Shown one piece after another: positions 20,361 through 30,392 of a stretch of DNA of 57,416 nt (position 1 is the first letter of the stretch; every line of letters begins with the position of its first letter). The translations under genes and the position numbers were made by a program. The stretch spans positions 1-57,416 of the forward strand of contig CAYGXU010000007.1 in assembly GCA_964353875.1 (NCBI GenBank). The letters are read 5' to 3'. Source of the stretch: an uncultured Anaerolineaceae bacterium (lineage in GTDB: Bacteria; Chloroflexota; Anaerolineae; Anaerolineales; E44-bin32). Under the pieces are notes generated by a model, which was given only the letters and a program-made list of their open reading frames with translations, was not told the DNA's origin and ran no database searches.

Positions 20361-21008
20361 CTACTTAGCCACTCGAACTAAAGCTGGCCTCAATACACGC
20401 TCTCCGATTTGATATCCCTGCTGGATGACTTCAACGATCTCGCCCTCTTGATGATCGTCAGATTCTACTTGCGTGATTGCTTCATGATAATTCGGATCGA
20501 ATTGTTTCCCCTCCGCTTCTATTCGTGTGATGCCTTCTGATTCGAGGATCGTTTTTAGTTTCCGATAGATAAGGTCAATACCTTCCGCCCAAGAGGCTAA
20601 TTCTTCTTGTTGTGGCCGATCCTTCAACGCACGTTCCAGGTCATCCACAATACCTATATAGCGTATGAGGATCTCACCCTTGATTCGAGATCGTTCCTCT
20701 TCTCTTTCTCGCTCGATCCTCTTTTTATAATTAGCAAACTCGGCCCGAGATCGCTGCCAACCATCCAGATATTCATCCGCTTTGGCCTGAACTTCGTCCA
20801 AGCTTAACTGGAAAACAGCCAATTGCTCATCAGGCGATAGTACATCTTGCAGCTCTGCTTGCACTTCATCAGGTTCAAATTCAACTTCGGCAACAACGCT
20901 TTCATTTATACCTTCATGCTCTGGTAGAACGGCTTTGGAATCCTGCACATCTTCCTCTTCAACTAGGGGTATGCTATCATCCTCTGGTTTTACTCGTTTT
21001 CTAGCCAC
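20361..21008 (-). CDS. grpE: Nucleotide exchange factor GrpE
   Basis: 215 aa. RSRAEFANYKKRIERE and FDPNYHEAI are GrpE blocks. Confidence 0.93.
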   Translation of the reverse strand: MARKRVKPEDDSIPLVEEEDVQDSKAVLPEHEGINESVVAEVEFEPDEVQAELQDVLSPDEQLAVFQLSLDEVQAKADEYLDGWQRSRAEFANYKKRIEREREEERSRIKGEILIRYIGIVDDLERALKDRPQQEELASWAEGIDLIYRKLKTILESEGITRIEAEGKQFDPNYHEAITQVESDDHQEGEIVEVIQQGYQIGERVLRPALVRVAK

Positions 21009-21049
21009 ACTACTCGCTCCTTTATAGGTTCGAGGGGATGATGATGTGT

Positions 21050-22081
21050 TTATCCAGCATAAGCTTCAAATACCAAATCGCTCATCAATCCCGCAACATA
21101 TTGCACTGCAGAAATTGTACGCCCATAAGCCATGCGGGTTGGGCCAAGGACGCCCAACGCGCCGGTTGCGTATCCACGCGCACCATAACGGGCTAAAACC
21201 ATCGAGCAATCCCTCAATTCTTCCCATGCTCCCTCGCCCGCAATGACAACTTGCACACCTCCGATGTGGGGGCTGAGTGCTTTCGCAAGGACTTCCTCCA
21301 AAAACCCGCGTTCTTCTAAGAGACGTAGGGCATGGCGCGCCGACTCGGAGTTGGAGAATTCAGGTTGGTTGAGGACGTTGCTGATGCCGTCATGATGAAT
21401 CTCTCCCGCAGAAACCGCGTCTGTGCGGGACATGATTTCGGCGACCAAATGGATAACTTCCTGTTCCAGACCTGAGAACTGTACCGCTTGTTTCCCAACC
21501 CCATCTGCGTACAACCCATAACAAGAACGGGTAACCAGGTTGGCGACACAAGTTAGGTGTTCTTGATTGATCACTTCGGAGAGGGTGAGTATCTGTTGCC
21601 TGACATCGCCGCCCTGCAATACCAGGACCATGAGTACTTGACGCCCGCTGGTATTGATGAGCTCCAAATGCTTGAAGATTGCCCGTTCCGGATGAGGCGT
21701 CGTAACGACTGAAGCCACACGTGAGACTTGGGCGAGCACTGATGCTCCTAGACGAACCCATTGTTCAACGTCCGTCCGAGCCTGATGAAACTGATGGCTG
21801 ATCGTTCGTTTCTCCTGAGTAGAGAGTTCTGTCTCGCCCAGTAAACGTCGCACAAAATAGCGATATCCTTCTTCGGTTGGGACACGACCGGCAGAGGTAT
21901 GGGGCTGTCGGATGACCCCCGCATCGGCCAACTCAACCATTTCATTTCGAACTGTGGCAGTACTGATGCCAAGAAGATACTTCTCGACCAGCTTTTTCGA
22001 ACTGACAGGGGTAGCGGTCTCGATATAATCGTGAACGATTAGCGCCAGGATTGTCTCCTGACGCTCACTAAGCAGCCTCAT
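21050..22081 (-). CDS. hrcA: Heat-inducible transcription repressor HrcA
   Basis: The LSERQETILALIVHDYIETATPVSSKKL winged-helix N-terminus is typical of HrcA. I prefer ATG 22081 (GGGAG RBS 5 nt upstream) over ATG 22093. Confidence 0.93.
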   Translation of the reverse strand: MRLLSERQETILALIVHDYIETATPVSSKKLVEKYLLGISTATVRNEMVELADAGVIRQPHTSAGRVPTEEGYRYFVRRLLGETELSTQEKRTISHQFHQARTDVEQWVRLGASVLAQVSRVASVVTTPHPERAIFKHLELINTSGRQVLMVLVLQGGDVRQQILTLSEVINQEHLTCVANLVTRSCYGLYADGVGKQAVQFSGLEQEVIHLVAEIMSRTDAVSAGEIHHDGISNVLNQPEFSNSESARHALRLLEERGFLEEVLAKALSPHIGGVQVVIAGEGAWEELRDCSMVLARYGARGYATGALGVLGPTRMAYGRTISAVQYVAGLMSDLVFEAYAG

Positions 22082-22097
22082 CCATACTCCCATAATT

Positions 22098-22124
22098 TTA
22101 GCACTCTAATCATTAGAGTGCTAA
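22098..22124 (-). promoter_or_regulatory. CIRCE operator (HrcA binding site)
   Basis: TTAGCACTC-N9-GAGTGCTAA is a perfect match to the CIRCE inverted repeat. It lies directly upstream of hrcA. Confidence 0.95.
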
Positions 22125-22304
22125 AAATGCGCGTTCCATAATACCATGGGCCGAGAAGTGCGTCAAGTTGGGGCGATTCTTGACAATGTTTCCATCAGCC
22201 TGTAGGATATGCATTATTATATTTCGTTGTTACGGTGCCGGAGGGAGTAGGTAGGATGTGGTCGAACGGGAGGCTGCATCGCGGGGATTTTTTGGGAGTG
22301 TGTA

Positions 22305-22634
22305 ATGGCCGATGTTATGGAACTCACGGATGCTAACTTTGACGAGGAGGTTACCCAGGCAAATGGAGCGGTCCTAGTAGACTTTGGAGCTGATTGGTGT
22401 CATCCCTGCAAACAGCTTGATCCAATTGTGGAAGATCTTGCGCAGGAATGGAAGGATCGGGTAAAGGTTCATAAAATTGATATCGATACGAACGTCTCCA
22501 CGACGATGCAAATGGGTGTAATGAGCGTCCCAACATTAATTCTATTTATCGATGGAAAACCTGTTGAGCGAATAACGGGATACCAGCCCAAGAAACGTAT
22601 CCTTGAAAAACTTAGGCCCCATCTTAGAATATAG
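22305..22634 (+). CDS. trxA: Thioredoxin with WCHPC active site
   Basis: 109 aa with a thioredoxin-fold layout (VLVDFGADWCHPCKQLDPIVEDLA...VMSVPTLILF). Confidence 0.9.
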   Translation: MADVMELTDANFDEEVTQANGAVLVDFGADWCHPCKQLDPIVEDLAQEWKDRVKVHKIDIDTNVSTTMQMGVMSVPTLILFIDGKPVERITGYQPKKRILEKLRPHLRI

Positions 22635-22694
22635 GTAAAGCTGCGAATTTCCGAATTTGGAAAATGGAATAGCTAATAAAATTCATCATCATAA

Positions 22695-23004
22695 AGGCCG
22701 TGAAAAGGACAAGTAAACATCGACACTGCAATCCAGCGAAGTGGGGTAAGTGAGAGCCCTCCTTGTAAGACGATGTTGAATGGCCCTTGGAGTTGCAGGG
22801 TGAAAGGGATTGCTGAGTAACCTGTGCCGGATCGCCCCCGTTACCGGGTGCAGGTATCTGACGATAGGTTTGGTACCTGGATGGAGTGAGACTCGATGGG
22901 TGACCGGGTTAAATTCGCATAGTCCCGGTCGGAGAGTCTAAGCGGGGTGGCACCGCGGGCAAGGGATCGCCCGTCCCCACAAGGGATGGGCGATTATGAT
23001 TTTA
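22695..23004 (+). promoter_or_regulatory. T-box riboswitch leader (tryptophan) with terminator
   Basis: T-box sequence GGGTGGCACCGCG at 22945-22957. The terminator has a 12-bp stem, 22966-22977 / 22983-22994, followed by TATGATTTT. Candidate UGG specifier codons lie at 22781-22783 and 22788-22790. The 5' boundary is approximate. Confidence 0.8.
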
Positions 23005-23053
23005 GCAAACACTCAATGGGAAAGCATGATCTAGTTCTGTATTGGAGGTCATC

Positions 23054-24067
23054 ATGGAGAAGAAAAAAGGGCGAATTCTTACCGGGGATCGTCCCACCGG
23101 TCGAATGCATCTGGGGCATTATGTCGGGTCCCTTCAAAACCGAGTCCGTCTGCAGGAAGATTATGAAAATTTCTTCATTATTGCAGACCTGCACACATTG
23201 ACTACAAGACCAGAGAAAGAGAACACCCTGAGCTTGGCAGAGAATATCAGGGAGATGGTTCTTGATTATCTGGCCGTGGGAATTGATCCGGAACGAAGTG
23301 TGATTTTTTTACAATCGGCTGTGCCAGAGACATATGAACTCAACTTGATTTTTGAGATGCTGGTCACTGTTCCCCGTTTGGAACGTATGCCCAGTCTTAA
23401 GGACATGGCGAAGGCCGCCGATCTTGAGTCGATGCCTTTTGGTCTGCTGGGCTACCCCGTGCTTCAGGCAGCGGATATCCTGCTTCCACGTGCGAACCTT
23501 GTTCCAGTCGGAAAGGATAATGAAGCACATGTTGAAATCAGTCGGGAGATTGCCCGGCGTTTCAATCGCTTGTATGGGGAGGTTTTTCCGATACCGGAAG
23601 TGATGATCGGTGATGTCCCTACGTTGGTGGGCACAGATGGCCAAACCAAGATGAGCAAATCCTTGGACAATGCCATTTTATTATCCGATGATGCTCAGAC
23701 CGTTCAATCGAAAGTCATGACCATGTATACCGATCCCCAGCGTATCAGGGCAGACATCCCGGGTACAGTAGAAGGAAATCCGGTCTTTGTCTATCATGAT
23801 GCCTTCAATCCCAATCGAGAGGAAGTCGAAGACCTCAAGGAGCGATACCGCATAGGGAAAGTCGGGGATGTGGAAGTGAAAAAGAAGCTGGCGCGGGCTT
23901 TAAATGAGTTCCTCGAACCTTTACGGGAACAGCGTGCGAAATATTCAGAAGACCCTTCTATGGTGGATGAAATCATCGTTACGGGTACGAAGAAGATGAG
24001 GGAAGAAGCCCAGCAGACGATGCACGCCGTGCGTGACGCTATGGGGATGTTCCGGCTGCCTATCTAA
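23054..24067 (+). CDS. trpS: Tryptophan--tRNA ligase
   Basis: [16 protein letters not shown] (HIGH motif) and KMSKS are both present. ATG 23054 has a GGAGG RBS; the ORF opens at 23042. Confidence 0.95.
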   Translation: MEKKKGRILTGDRPTGRMHLGHYVGSLQNRVRLQEDYENFFIIADLHTLTTRPEKENTLSLAENIREMVLDYLAVGIDPERSVIFLQSAVPETYELNLIFEMLVTVPRLERMPSLKDMAKAADLESMPFGLLGYPVLQAADILLPRANLVPVGKDNEAHVEISREIARRFNRLYGEVFPIPEVMIGDVPTLVGTDGQTKMSKSLDNAILLSDDAQTVQSKVMTMYTDPQRIRADIPGTVEGNPVFVYHDAFNPNREEVEDLKERYRIGKVGDVEVKKKLARALNEFLEPLREQRAKYSEDPSMVDEIIVTGTKKMREEAQQTMHAVRDAMGMFRLPI

Positions 24068-24142
24068 AGGAAGGTATGCGTGAGCAAAACCAACTCCATA
24101 TTTGCTCATCATGGCATAAGTGAGGAGTTTTCAACTTTTACA

Positions 24143-24177
24143 AGAAGTATAAATTTTTTACTTCTGGATTTTTTTAT
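24143..24177 (+). terminator. trpS intrinsic terminator
   Basis: AGAAGTA (24143-24149) / TACTTCT (24159-24165), then GGATTTTTTTATT. Confidence 0.65.
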
Positions 24178-24579
24178 TGCGCATCAGTGCAAATAGGCAC
24201 GCCGATCTGAGTCATCGAAGATATCAATCCTTGAAAAATGATGGGTTAGAGAGCAAAGCGAATGGTGGATCATGTGGAGTCACTTACCTGGAATAATCAT
24301 TGCTGGCAATGAAGAGCGAGGATGTCTGAACAAGGCGTCTCTGCCGAAATTGATCTTTCCTGGGAACGATGTCTTGCACCCTCATTCTTACCCTTTACTC
24401 AATTGATAGCCAGGGTGAATTGATCAATGGATGGATTATCTGAAGCTTGTCGATCTGCGCGCCAGGCAACAAGCGATGACCAGAGAGAACAAGATTTTAC
24501 TGTTTTCAGGGCGGTGCTAAAATTAGGGGTGGTGTATAATCCAGACTACCTGATCCCCCATAGTGATGGAAGATAGAAG

Positions 24580-24990
24580 ATGCAGAAAAAACTGCGCATA
24601 TTGATCGCGAAACCTGGACTGGATGGTCATGATCGCGGTGCTAAAATAATTGCGAGAGCGCTTCGTGATGCGGGTATGGAGGTCATCTATACGGGTCTAC
24701 GCCAGACAGCGGAGATGATCGCTGAAGCTGCGCTTCAAGAAGATGTCGATGCGATTGGTCTCTCCATTTTGTCTGGCGCCCATATGGTGCTCATTCCCAA
24801 GGTTATTAAGCTTTTACGTCAACAAGGGCAGGGGGATTTGCCGCTGCTGGTTGGGGGGATCATTCCTGATGACGATAAACCGGAATTGTTGAGGCAGGGT
24901 GTATTCGCGATCTTTGGCCCTGGAACGGGAACTCAACCCATCATCGAGTCATTTCGCCGGGCCGTGAAATCATCCGGGGATGAGGGATGA
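24580..24990 (+). CDS. Methylmalonyl-CoA mutase-type B12-binding small subunit/domain
   Basis: 136 aa. [30 protein letters not shown] contains the DxHxxG cobalamin-binding motif. Confidence 0.88.
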   Translation: MQKKLRILIAKPGLDGHDRGAKIIARALRDAGMEVIYTGLRQTAEMIAEAALQEDVDAIGLSILSGAHMVLIPKVIKLLRQQGQGDLPLLVGGIIPDDDKPELLRQGVFAIFGPGTGTQPIIESFRRAVKSSGDEG

Positions 24991-25994
24991 AATCAGCTGC
25001 ACAGCAATATGCAGAACAGGTTTTGGCTGGGGAACGTTTATCTCTGGCACGCTTGCTGACCCTCATCGAGAACGATGACCCAGTAGGAATAGAGACCTTG
25101 GGATTGCTCTTCCCCCATACGGGCAAGGCACATCTCATCGGAGTTACAGGGCCGCCAGGGACAGGAAAATCTAGTCTTGTCAATCGCATCGCTCACTTCT
25201 TTCGAAAAGCAAATGGTGGGGCTCAATCGCCAACGATTGCTATCGTGGCTGTTGACCCGAGCAGCCCATTTACTGGAGGAGCCATCCTCGGCGATCGGAT
25301 AAGGATGCGAGATCTGGCCGGCGATCCGGGTATTTTCATACGAAGCATGGCCAGTCGAGGTGCGTTAGGCGGGCTGGCCAGGATGACAGCGGATGTGGTC
25401 GAAGCGCTTGATGCTGCCGGATTCGATCTCATCTTGATTGAAACGGTCGGCGCCGGACAGGCTGAGGTTGAGATTGCACAAACAGCCCATTCGACCGTGT
25501 TGGTGGACGCCCCTGGCCTGGGGGATGATGTTCAGGCGATCAAAGCCGGCCTTCTGGAAATTGCCGATATCCTGGTGGTAAACAAAGCCGATTTGCACGG
25601 CGCAGAGAATACGGTTCGGGCCTTACGGGCAGCATTAAGTTTGGCTCATCCGACTTCTCGACACAATCAGGAGGGTGAAAATTGCATTGACGGCTCCCTC
25701 TTCTGGTCGCCTCCTGTACTATCGACCGTCGCAACTCGCGCGGAAGGGATCGCCCCATTGGCGGATGCCATTCGACAGCATCAACGATTTCTGCAATCTT
25801 CAGGGGAGTTGCAACGGCGGGAACGGGGACGAAGAATGGCTCAAATCGAGCACCTCCTTCGGGAACACTTAATGGCAAAATTTCATGCTAATTATCGGGA
25901 TGATCATTATCAAGAACTGGTTGAGAAGGTATTGAGGCGTGAATTGGCGCCCAGAAATGCAGTCCAAATCCTGATCGAAGAGCTCCAACCTTAG
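24987..25994 (+). CDS. meaB: Methylmalonyl-CoA mutase accessory GTPase MeaB/ArgK
   Basis: [14 protein letters not shown]-loop, ETVGAGQ and VVNKADL motifs. It overlaps the upstream gene by 4 nt. Confidence 0.9.
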   Translation: MKSAAQQYAEQVLAGERLSLARLLTLIENDDPVGIETLGLLFPHTGKAHLIGVTGPPGTGKSSLVNRIAHFFRKANGGAQSPTIAIVAVDPSSPFTGGAILGDRIRMRDLAGDPGIFIRSMASRGALGGLARMTADVVEALDAAGFDLILIETVGAGQAEVEIAQTAHSTVLVDAPGLGDDVQAIKAGLLEIADILVVNKADLHGAENTVRALRAALSLAHPTSRHNQEGENCIDGSLFWSPPVLSTVATRAEGIAPLADAIRQHQRFLQSSGELQRRERGRRMAQIEHLLREHLMAKFHANYRDDHYQELVEKVLRRELAPRNAVQILIEELQP

Positions 25995-26341
25995 GTGGCA
26001 TGGGTAGAGCGCAGGGGAAACCTGACAGAAAATGGAACAAGCCTGAGAAGGGTCTGTTGGATTTGGCAATGTGCCGGAATCATTCAGCCTTGAAAGCGAA
26101 TTCCGTCTGGAAAGCGAAGAATGATCTAGCTTTATGGGCTCATTGGAGACAAATTTTATGATTTGAGTTTGTATCGTTGATCCTATCGTCTTGTTCAGGG
26201 GAGAGAGGGTCATCAGGATAAGGATTTTGTCCCTTCCAATGAACATTCGCTTGTGAGGGGCAAGATCATTAAAGATCAAAGAAAAAGATTGGATCGAATA
26301 TTATTAGGGATCATGTAAAGGACGAAAGGGAGTAGACAGAG

Positions 26342-27304
26342 ATGGGGCGAATGTTTGGATATGGTGATATTCGACTTTTTGCAGGATCGGCTAGTCAGGA
26401 TTTGGCAAAGGAGATCAGCGATTATTTGGGTGTGCCATTAAGTGGATACGATCTGGTCGAGTTCCCCAATGAGAATTTGTTTATCCGCCTGCACGGCAGC
26501 GTCCGCGGTCAGGATGTGTTTCTGATTCAATCCATGTCTCCTCCGATTCATCGAAATATGATGGAAATGCTCATCATGATCGATTGTCTGAAACGGGACT
26601 CTGCCGGTCGTATTACAGCCGTCTTTCCCTATATGGCCTATGCACGATCGGACAAAAAAGACCAACCGAGAGTACCCATCTCTGCTCGTTTAGTGGCGGA
26701 TATGATCGAGGTGGCCGGCGCGGATCGTTATATCACCATCGATCTTCACGCCGGACAAATCCAGGGTTTCTTCTCCATCCCCGGGGATGTGTTAACCGCT
26801 TTTCACATGCTGAGTGATTACTTCCTGGAGAAGGAATTAGAGAACATCGTGGTTGCGACTGCCGACCTGGGTTTTGCTAAGAAAGGGCGGAATTTCGCGG
26901 CCAAACTTGGATTTCCTCTGGCTTTTGTTGAGAAGAGAAGGGTCGGAAATGAGCCCCGCGCCAAGGCGACCACCGTCATTGGTAATGTCTCTGGTAAGGA
27001 TGTCATCGTTGTCGATGATGAGGTTTTGACGGGTGGATCGCTTTGTGATGCAGCACGCATCGTACGCGAATATGGGGCAAGGGATGTTTACTTCTCCTTT
27101 ACACATGCAGTTATGGTTGCGTCCGCATATGAAACACTCTCTGCTGTCCAAGGAGTAAAAGAGATTGTCACCACGAATACGGTTCACATCCCTGCTGAGA
27201 AACGTTTGCCCAATATGACGATTCTTTCGGTGGCACCGTTGCTTTCTGAAGTGATCATCCGCGCGCATGAGGGTCGTTCTGTAGGTGAGTTGTTCAACGA
27301 GTGA
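26342..27304 (+). CDS. prs: Ribose-phosphate pyrophosphokinase
   Basis: 320 aa with DLHAGQIQGFF and the VIVVDDEVLTGGS PRPP loop. Confidence 0.95.
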   Translation: MGRMFGYGDIRLFAGSASQDLAKEISDYLGVPLSGYDLVEFPNENLFIRLHGSVRGQDVFLIQSMSPPIHRNMMEMLIMIDCLKRDSAGRITAVFPYMAYARSDKKDQPRVPISARLVADMIEVAGADRYITIDLHAGQIQGFFSIPGDVLTAFHMLSDYFLEKELENIVVATADLGFAKKGRNFAAKLGFPLAFVEKRRVGNEPRAKATTVIGNVSGKDVIVVDDEVLTGGSLCDAARIVREYGARDVYFSFTHAVMVASAYETLSAVQGVKEIVTTNTVHIPAEKRLPNMTILSVAPLLSEVIIRAHEGRSVGELFNE

Positions 27305-27456
27305 TGCTTGGGAAAATATCTGAGATTGAATTGTATCTGAAGGGAAATCGCTGACCAATTCTTTGTCAACCATTTTCGACCAGAGTTTCGGTGCTCATTG
27401 GCGGCTGTTGAGAAGAATTGCTTAATTGCCTCTTGAGCGAAGGCGGTTCTACACTC

Positions 27457-27693
27457 TTAGTAAAACGCTGGAAAGGATTCAGGCATCGGGAGATAGGATC
27501 TCCATAAGGTTGATGGCTCAAAAATACACAACAACTCAATCAACATTAGAAGCAGGTCAAGAACCGGCAGGGCTCCCATACCCGCCAGCCAAAAAGGCAC
27601 ATATTGGGAAGCAGAGGAGACTTTCCCGCTGACGGATTTGGATGAGGTGTGATTCACCAGGTAACTTGGAATCACTACCAGGATGATGCTCAC
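27457..27693 (-). CDS. Hypothetical small membrane protein
   Basis: 78 aa, hydrophobic. Its ATG overlaps the stop of the upstream HExxH gene (ATGA at 27690-27693), suggesting translational coupling. Confidence 0.35.
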   Translation of the reverse strand: MSIILVVIPSYLVNHTSSKSVSGKVSSASQYVPFWLAGMGALPVLDLLLMLIELLCIFEPSTLWRSYLPMPESFPAFY

Positions 27694-28223
27694 GGTTCAT
27701 TCACCTGGAATTGGTCAATGAAAGGCCTCCAGGCGGAGGATTCCTCTCCCTGTTTGAATAGGAGATAGAAATCGCGTGCGATGTCTGCTTGTTGTTCGGG
27801 ATTGAAATCGAAAAGCGTTTTGCCTGTTTCGAAAGCCTGCAATAGTCCTGACTCCCCTCCATAGTCATAGGATTTAGCTCCGTACTTAAGTTGAACAACA
27901 AGGGCATCGTAGAGGTAGCGAATCCCGAACTGCTGATATTGCCAAACATGGGTAAGCTCATGGATAAACCAGGCCATATCACCGAAATCATGATTTACAA
28001 GATCGTTGTTCCTGGTTTTGAGGATTACTGGGAAGAGCACACGATTTCCAAGTGTAATGGCATTGTTCTTAGGCGGAGGCTGCTTCTGCATCCATGAGCC
28101 AGCTTTGGCCACCCAATTGGGCAATTTTGCTGTCTCATAGATCCAAACTCGGTCATATTGGATACTCTCGATGAAAACCTGTTTGGCTTCCTCGATTTCG
28201 ATCTCAGTCATTCGTCGGCGCAC
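27690..28223 (-). CDS. Zincin-like HExxH protein (DUF4157-like)
   Basis: IHELTHVWQYQ is preceded by ITLGNRVLFP, as I recall for DUF4157. I prefer GTG 28223 (GGAGG 6 nt upstream); the ORF opens at 28241. Confidence 0.6.
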   Translation of the reverse strand: MRRRMTEIEIEEAKQVFIESIQYDRVWIYETAKLPNWVAKAGSWMQKQPPPKNNAITLGNRVLFPVILKTRNNDLVNHDFGDMAWFIHELTHVWQYQQFGIRYLYDALVVQLKYGAKSYDYGGESGLLQAFETGKTLFDFNPEQQADIARDFYLLFKQGEESSAWRPFIDQFQVNEP

Positions 28224-28443
28224 TTTCGACCTCCAGAACAAACAGGATATTGGATTTATGGTTCATACTGCTGGTTAATTCGTTTTCATTCGCATGCTTT
28301 TTCATCTTAAAGAGCTTTCTGGGTCAGAGTATAATCGAGAAAATGCAAACAGCCCCTCGGCAGATGGAGAAACACTTTATTCGGAAGGGGATGCAGAAGG
28401 CTATCTGTTGGCGAAAGTCGGTCTGTTCCATAGGGAGGGAATT

Positions 28444-29331
28444 GTGCGTTCACCATCACGGCTCCAACCCAAAAGTCCATCCCTCCAGAAGGCTATAAAA
28501 ATTATCCAGGGTGTGATCCGAAAGTTGGATAAGGATGAAGCTGGTGTTCGCGCATCGGCATTGGCATATTATGGACTCCTCTCCTTATTTCCTTTGCTTC
28601 TTTTCTTGATTTTTCTTGCCAGCCAGTTTCTAGAATCAAGCAGTGCGAGACACTCGCTCAACAATTACCTTTCAGAAGTTTTGCCCACAGCGACAGATAC
28701 GGTTCAACAGGTCATCGATCAAACGCTTGAGGCCCGAGGTTCGATCGGTCTGATCGGTGGAATTGGGCTGCTGTGGAGCGCTTCTGCCCTCTTCAATGCT
28801 TTATCGACCTCCTTTAATGTAATTTGGGAGGCCAAACCAAGATCTTTCTGGCGGCGTCGTCTCTTGGCCGTAGTTTCAGTGCTGACTATTGGCGTTTTGT
28901 TCATCCTTTCGGTGGCTTTCAGCGCTTTGGCGGTGATCAAACTACCCGGTGAGGGGACAACTCTGTGGCGATGGATCGACTTTAGCCTTGGGCTGGTTAT
29001 CACCATCCTGTTGTTCTGGGTGCTTTTCCATGGCATCCCCAACACAACCGTGAATGCGAAAGCCTCCCTTAGCGCAGCAGTCTTTGCCGGGATCTTATGG
29101 CAAGCGGCGAAAAGCATCTTTGCCTGGTATCTCGCCTCCGGTTTTTCGAATTATGGCGCGGTCTATGGTTCGTTAGCTTCAGTCATTGCGCTGATTCTCT
29201 GGACTTATCTAAGTGCTTTCATCCTGTTCCTCGGTGCTGAATTTGGCGCCAGCCTTCAACGTGAGCTATGGCCGAATACGAGGAAGAAGAATCGACAAAA
29301 CAGAACCGCGCCCCGCACTTCGTCCAGCTGA
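28444..29331 (+). CDS. YihY/BrkB family membrane protein
   Basis: ASALAYYGLLSLFPLLLFL and a multi-TM C-terminal part. I prefer GTG 28444 after GGAGG; the ORF opens at 28294. Confidence 0.8.
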   Translation: MRSPSRLQPKSPSLQKAIKIIQGVIRKLDKDEAGVRASALAYYGLLSLFPLLLFLIFLASQFLESSSARHSLNNYLSEVLPTATDTVQQVIDQTLEARGSIGLIGGIGLLWSASALFNALSTSFNVIWEAKPRSFWRRRLLAVVSVLTIGVLFILSVAFSALAVIKLPGEGTTLWRWIDFSLGLVITILLFWVLFHGIPNTTVNAKASLSAAVFAGILWQAAKSIFAWYLASGFSNYGAVYGSLASVIALILWTYLSAFILFLGAEFGASLQRELWPNTRKKNRQNRTAPRTSSS

Positions 29332-29490
29332 ATTGGATGGATGAGACTGTTTGAAAGATGTTCGTAATGATTCAACTCTGAGGGGATGATTGAAGCGGAT
29401 CTCCTTTCTGCTATGCTTGCCAACCTGTTTATAAAAAGTAGCCGCTACAATGAAATAATTAGTTGGCAGGGCTTTTACGTCCGGTTGGTC

Positions 29491-29518
29491 GGCGGCGTGG
29501 ATGCCGCCTCGCTTTTTA
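29491..29518 (+). terminator. Intrinsic terminator after the yihY-like gene
   Basis: GGCGGC (29491-29496), loop GTGGAT, GCCGCC (29503-29508), then TCGCTTTTTAT. Confidence 0.55.
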
Positions 29519-29577
29519 TGAGGGGTCTAGTATTCATTCTGTCAGAAGCGGATTAACAGAGTGATAAAGCTCTCTCT

Positions 29578-30378
29578 TCACATGACTTCAAGTGTGCCGC
29601 GTTGCTTGGCCTGGAATTCAAACCAGCGGAAAAGCAGGTAGCCACTGAGGATATAAATCAATCCCACCAGTAGCTCGCCGTTCAAAAGAGAAGCGACGTT
29701 CTTTAGGCTTTCCCCGGCTATGATGGCTCTGGCGGCAGCGATGCCGCGCGTCATGGGCAGGGCGTAGGATAGGGGCTGCATCCATAGGGGCAGCGAGGAG
29801 ACCGGGATATTGACTCCCGCGAAGACGAGCAACAGGAAGTAAACCGTGTTGTTGATGAACATCACATTGCGTGTGATCAGACTCATGCAACCCAGGAGCA
29901 ACCCCATTCCTGAAGTGCTGAAAGTGGTAATGAAAATGGTGAGCGCCAGGGCACCAGGATCCGTTTTTGATAGGTCCAAACGCAGCAGCAGTGCTCCCCA
30001 TGTGAGTCCGATGACGATCCCGAACATGCCATCAATCACATGCATGAACGCTCTGCCCACAAAGAGTGCCAGGCGATTAGCGGGAGTTGCGAATAAATAC
30101 GCCAAAGTCCCTTCCCATCGATCGCCGCTGATGCTGAACGTGACACCATAGATGCCGCTCAACGCCGCCACCTGAATCGCGTTGCCGATGATATAAAAGT
30201 GAGCATTTTCGCGCCCTGTGGCATACATCCCCAGCAAGGTGAAGAAGAGGATTTGGAAAAGGGGTGAGATGACTTTGGTGGCAAGGTAAGTCATGGGACG
30301 GAGCCAGTGAAAAAGGGCAATATAGGAGAGCAAGGCGCCATGAAAAAAGAGACGGATATTGCTCAGAATTCTTTTCAT
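29578..30378 (-). CDS. ABC-2 type exporter permease
   Basis: 266 aa with a six-TM ABC-2 profile. It is the last gene of an ATPase-permease-permease operon. Confidence 0.85.
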   Translation of the reverse strand: MKRILSNIRLFFHGALLSYIALFHWLRPMTYLATKVISPLFQILFFTLLGMYATGRENAHFYIIGNAIQVAALSGIYGVTFSISGDRWEGTLAYLFATPANRLALFVGRAFMHVIDGMFGIVIGLTWGALLLRLDLSKTDPGALALTIFITTFSTSGMGLLLGCMSLITRNVMFINNTVYFLLLVFAGVNIPVSSLPLWMQPLSYALPMTRGIAAARAIIAGESLKNVASLLNGELLVGLIYILSGYLLFRWFEFQAKQRGTLEVM

Positions 30379-30392
30379 ACCCAGCTCTCCTC

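Noticed and set aside
24068-24579. A cobalamin riboswitch upstream of the B12-binding mutase subunit.
   Set aside because: I could not find a B12-box-like sequence (consensus roughly AGYCMGGAGACCKGCC) or the conserved GGTG...GGGAA core. An Rfam scan would be needed to exclude it formally.
25869-26279. The 136-aa minus-strand ORF between meaB and prs.
   Set aside because: It overlaps the meaB 3' end, has no RBS or motif, and its low-complexity sequence is typical of intergenic AT-rich DNA.
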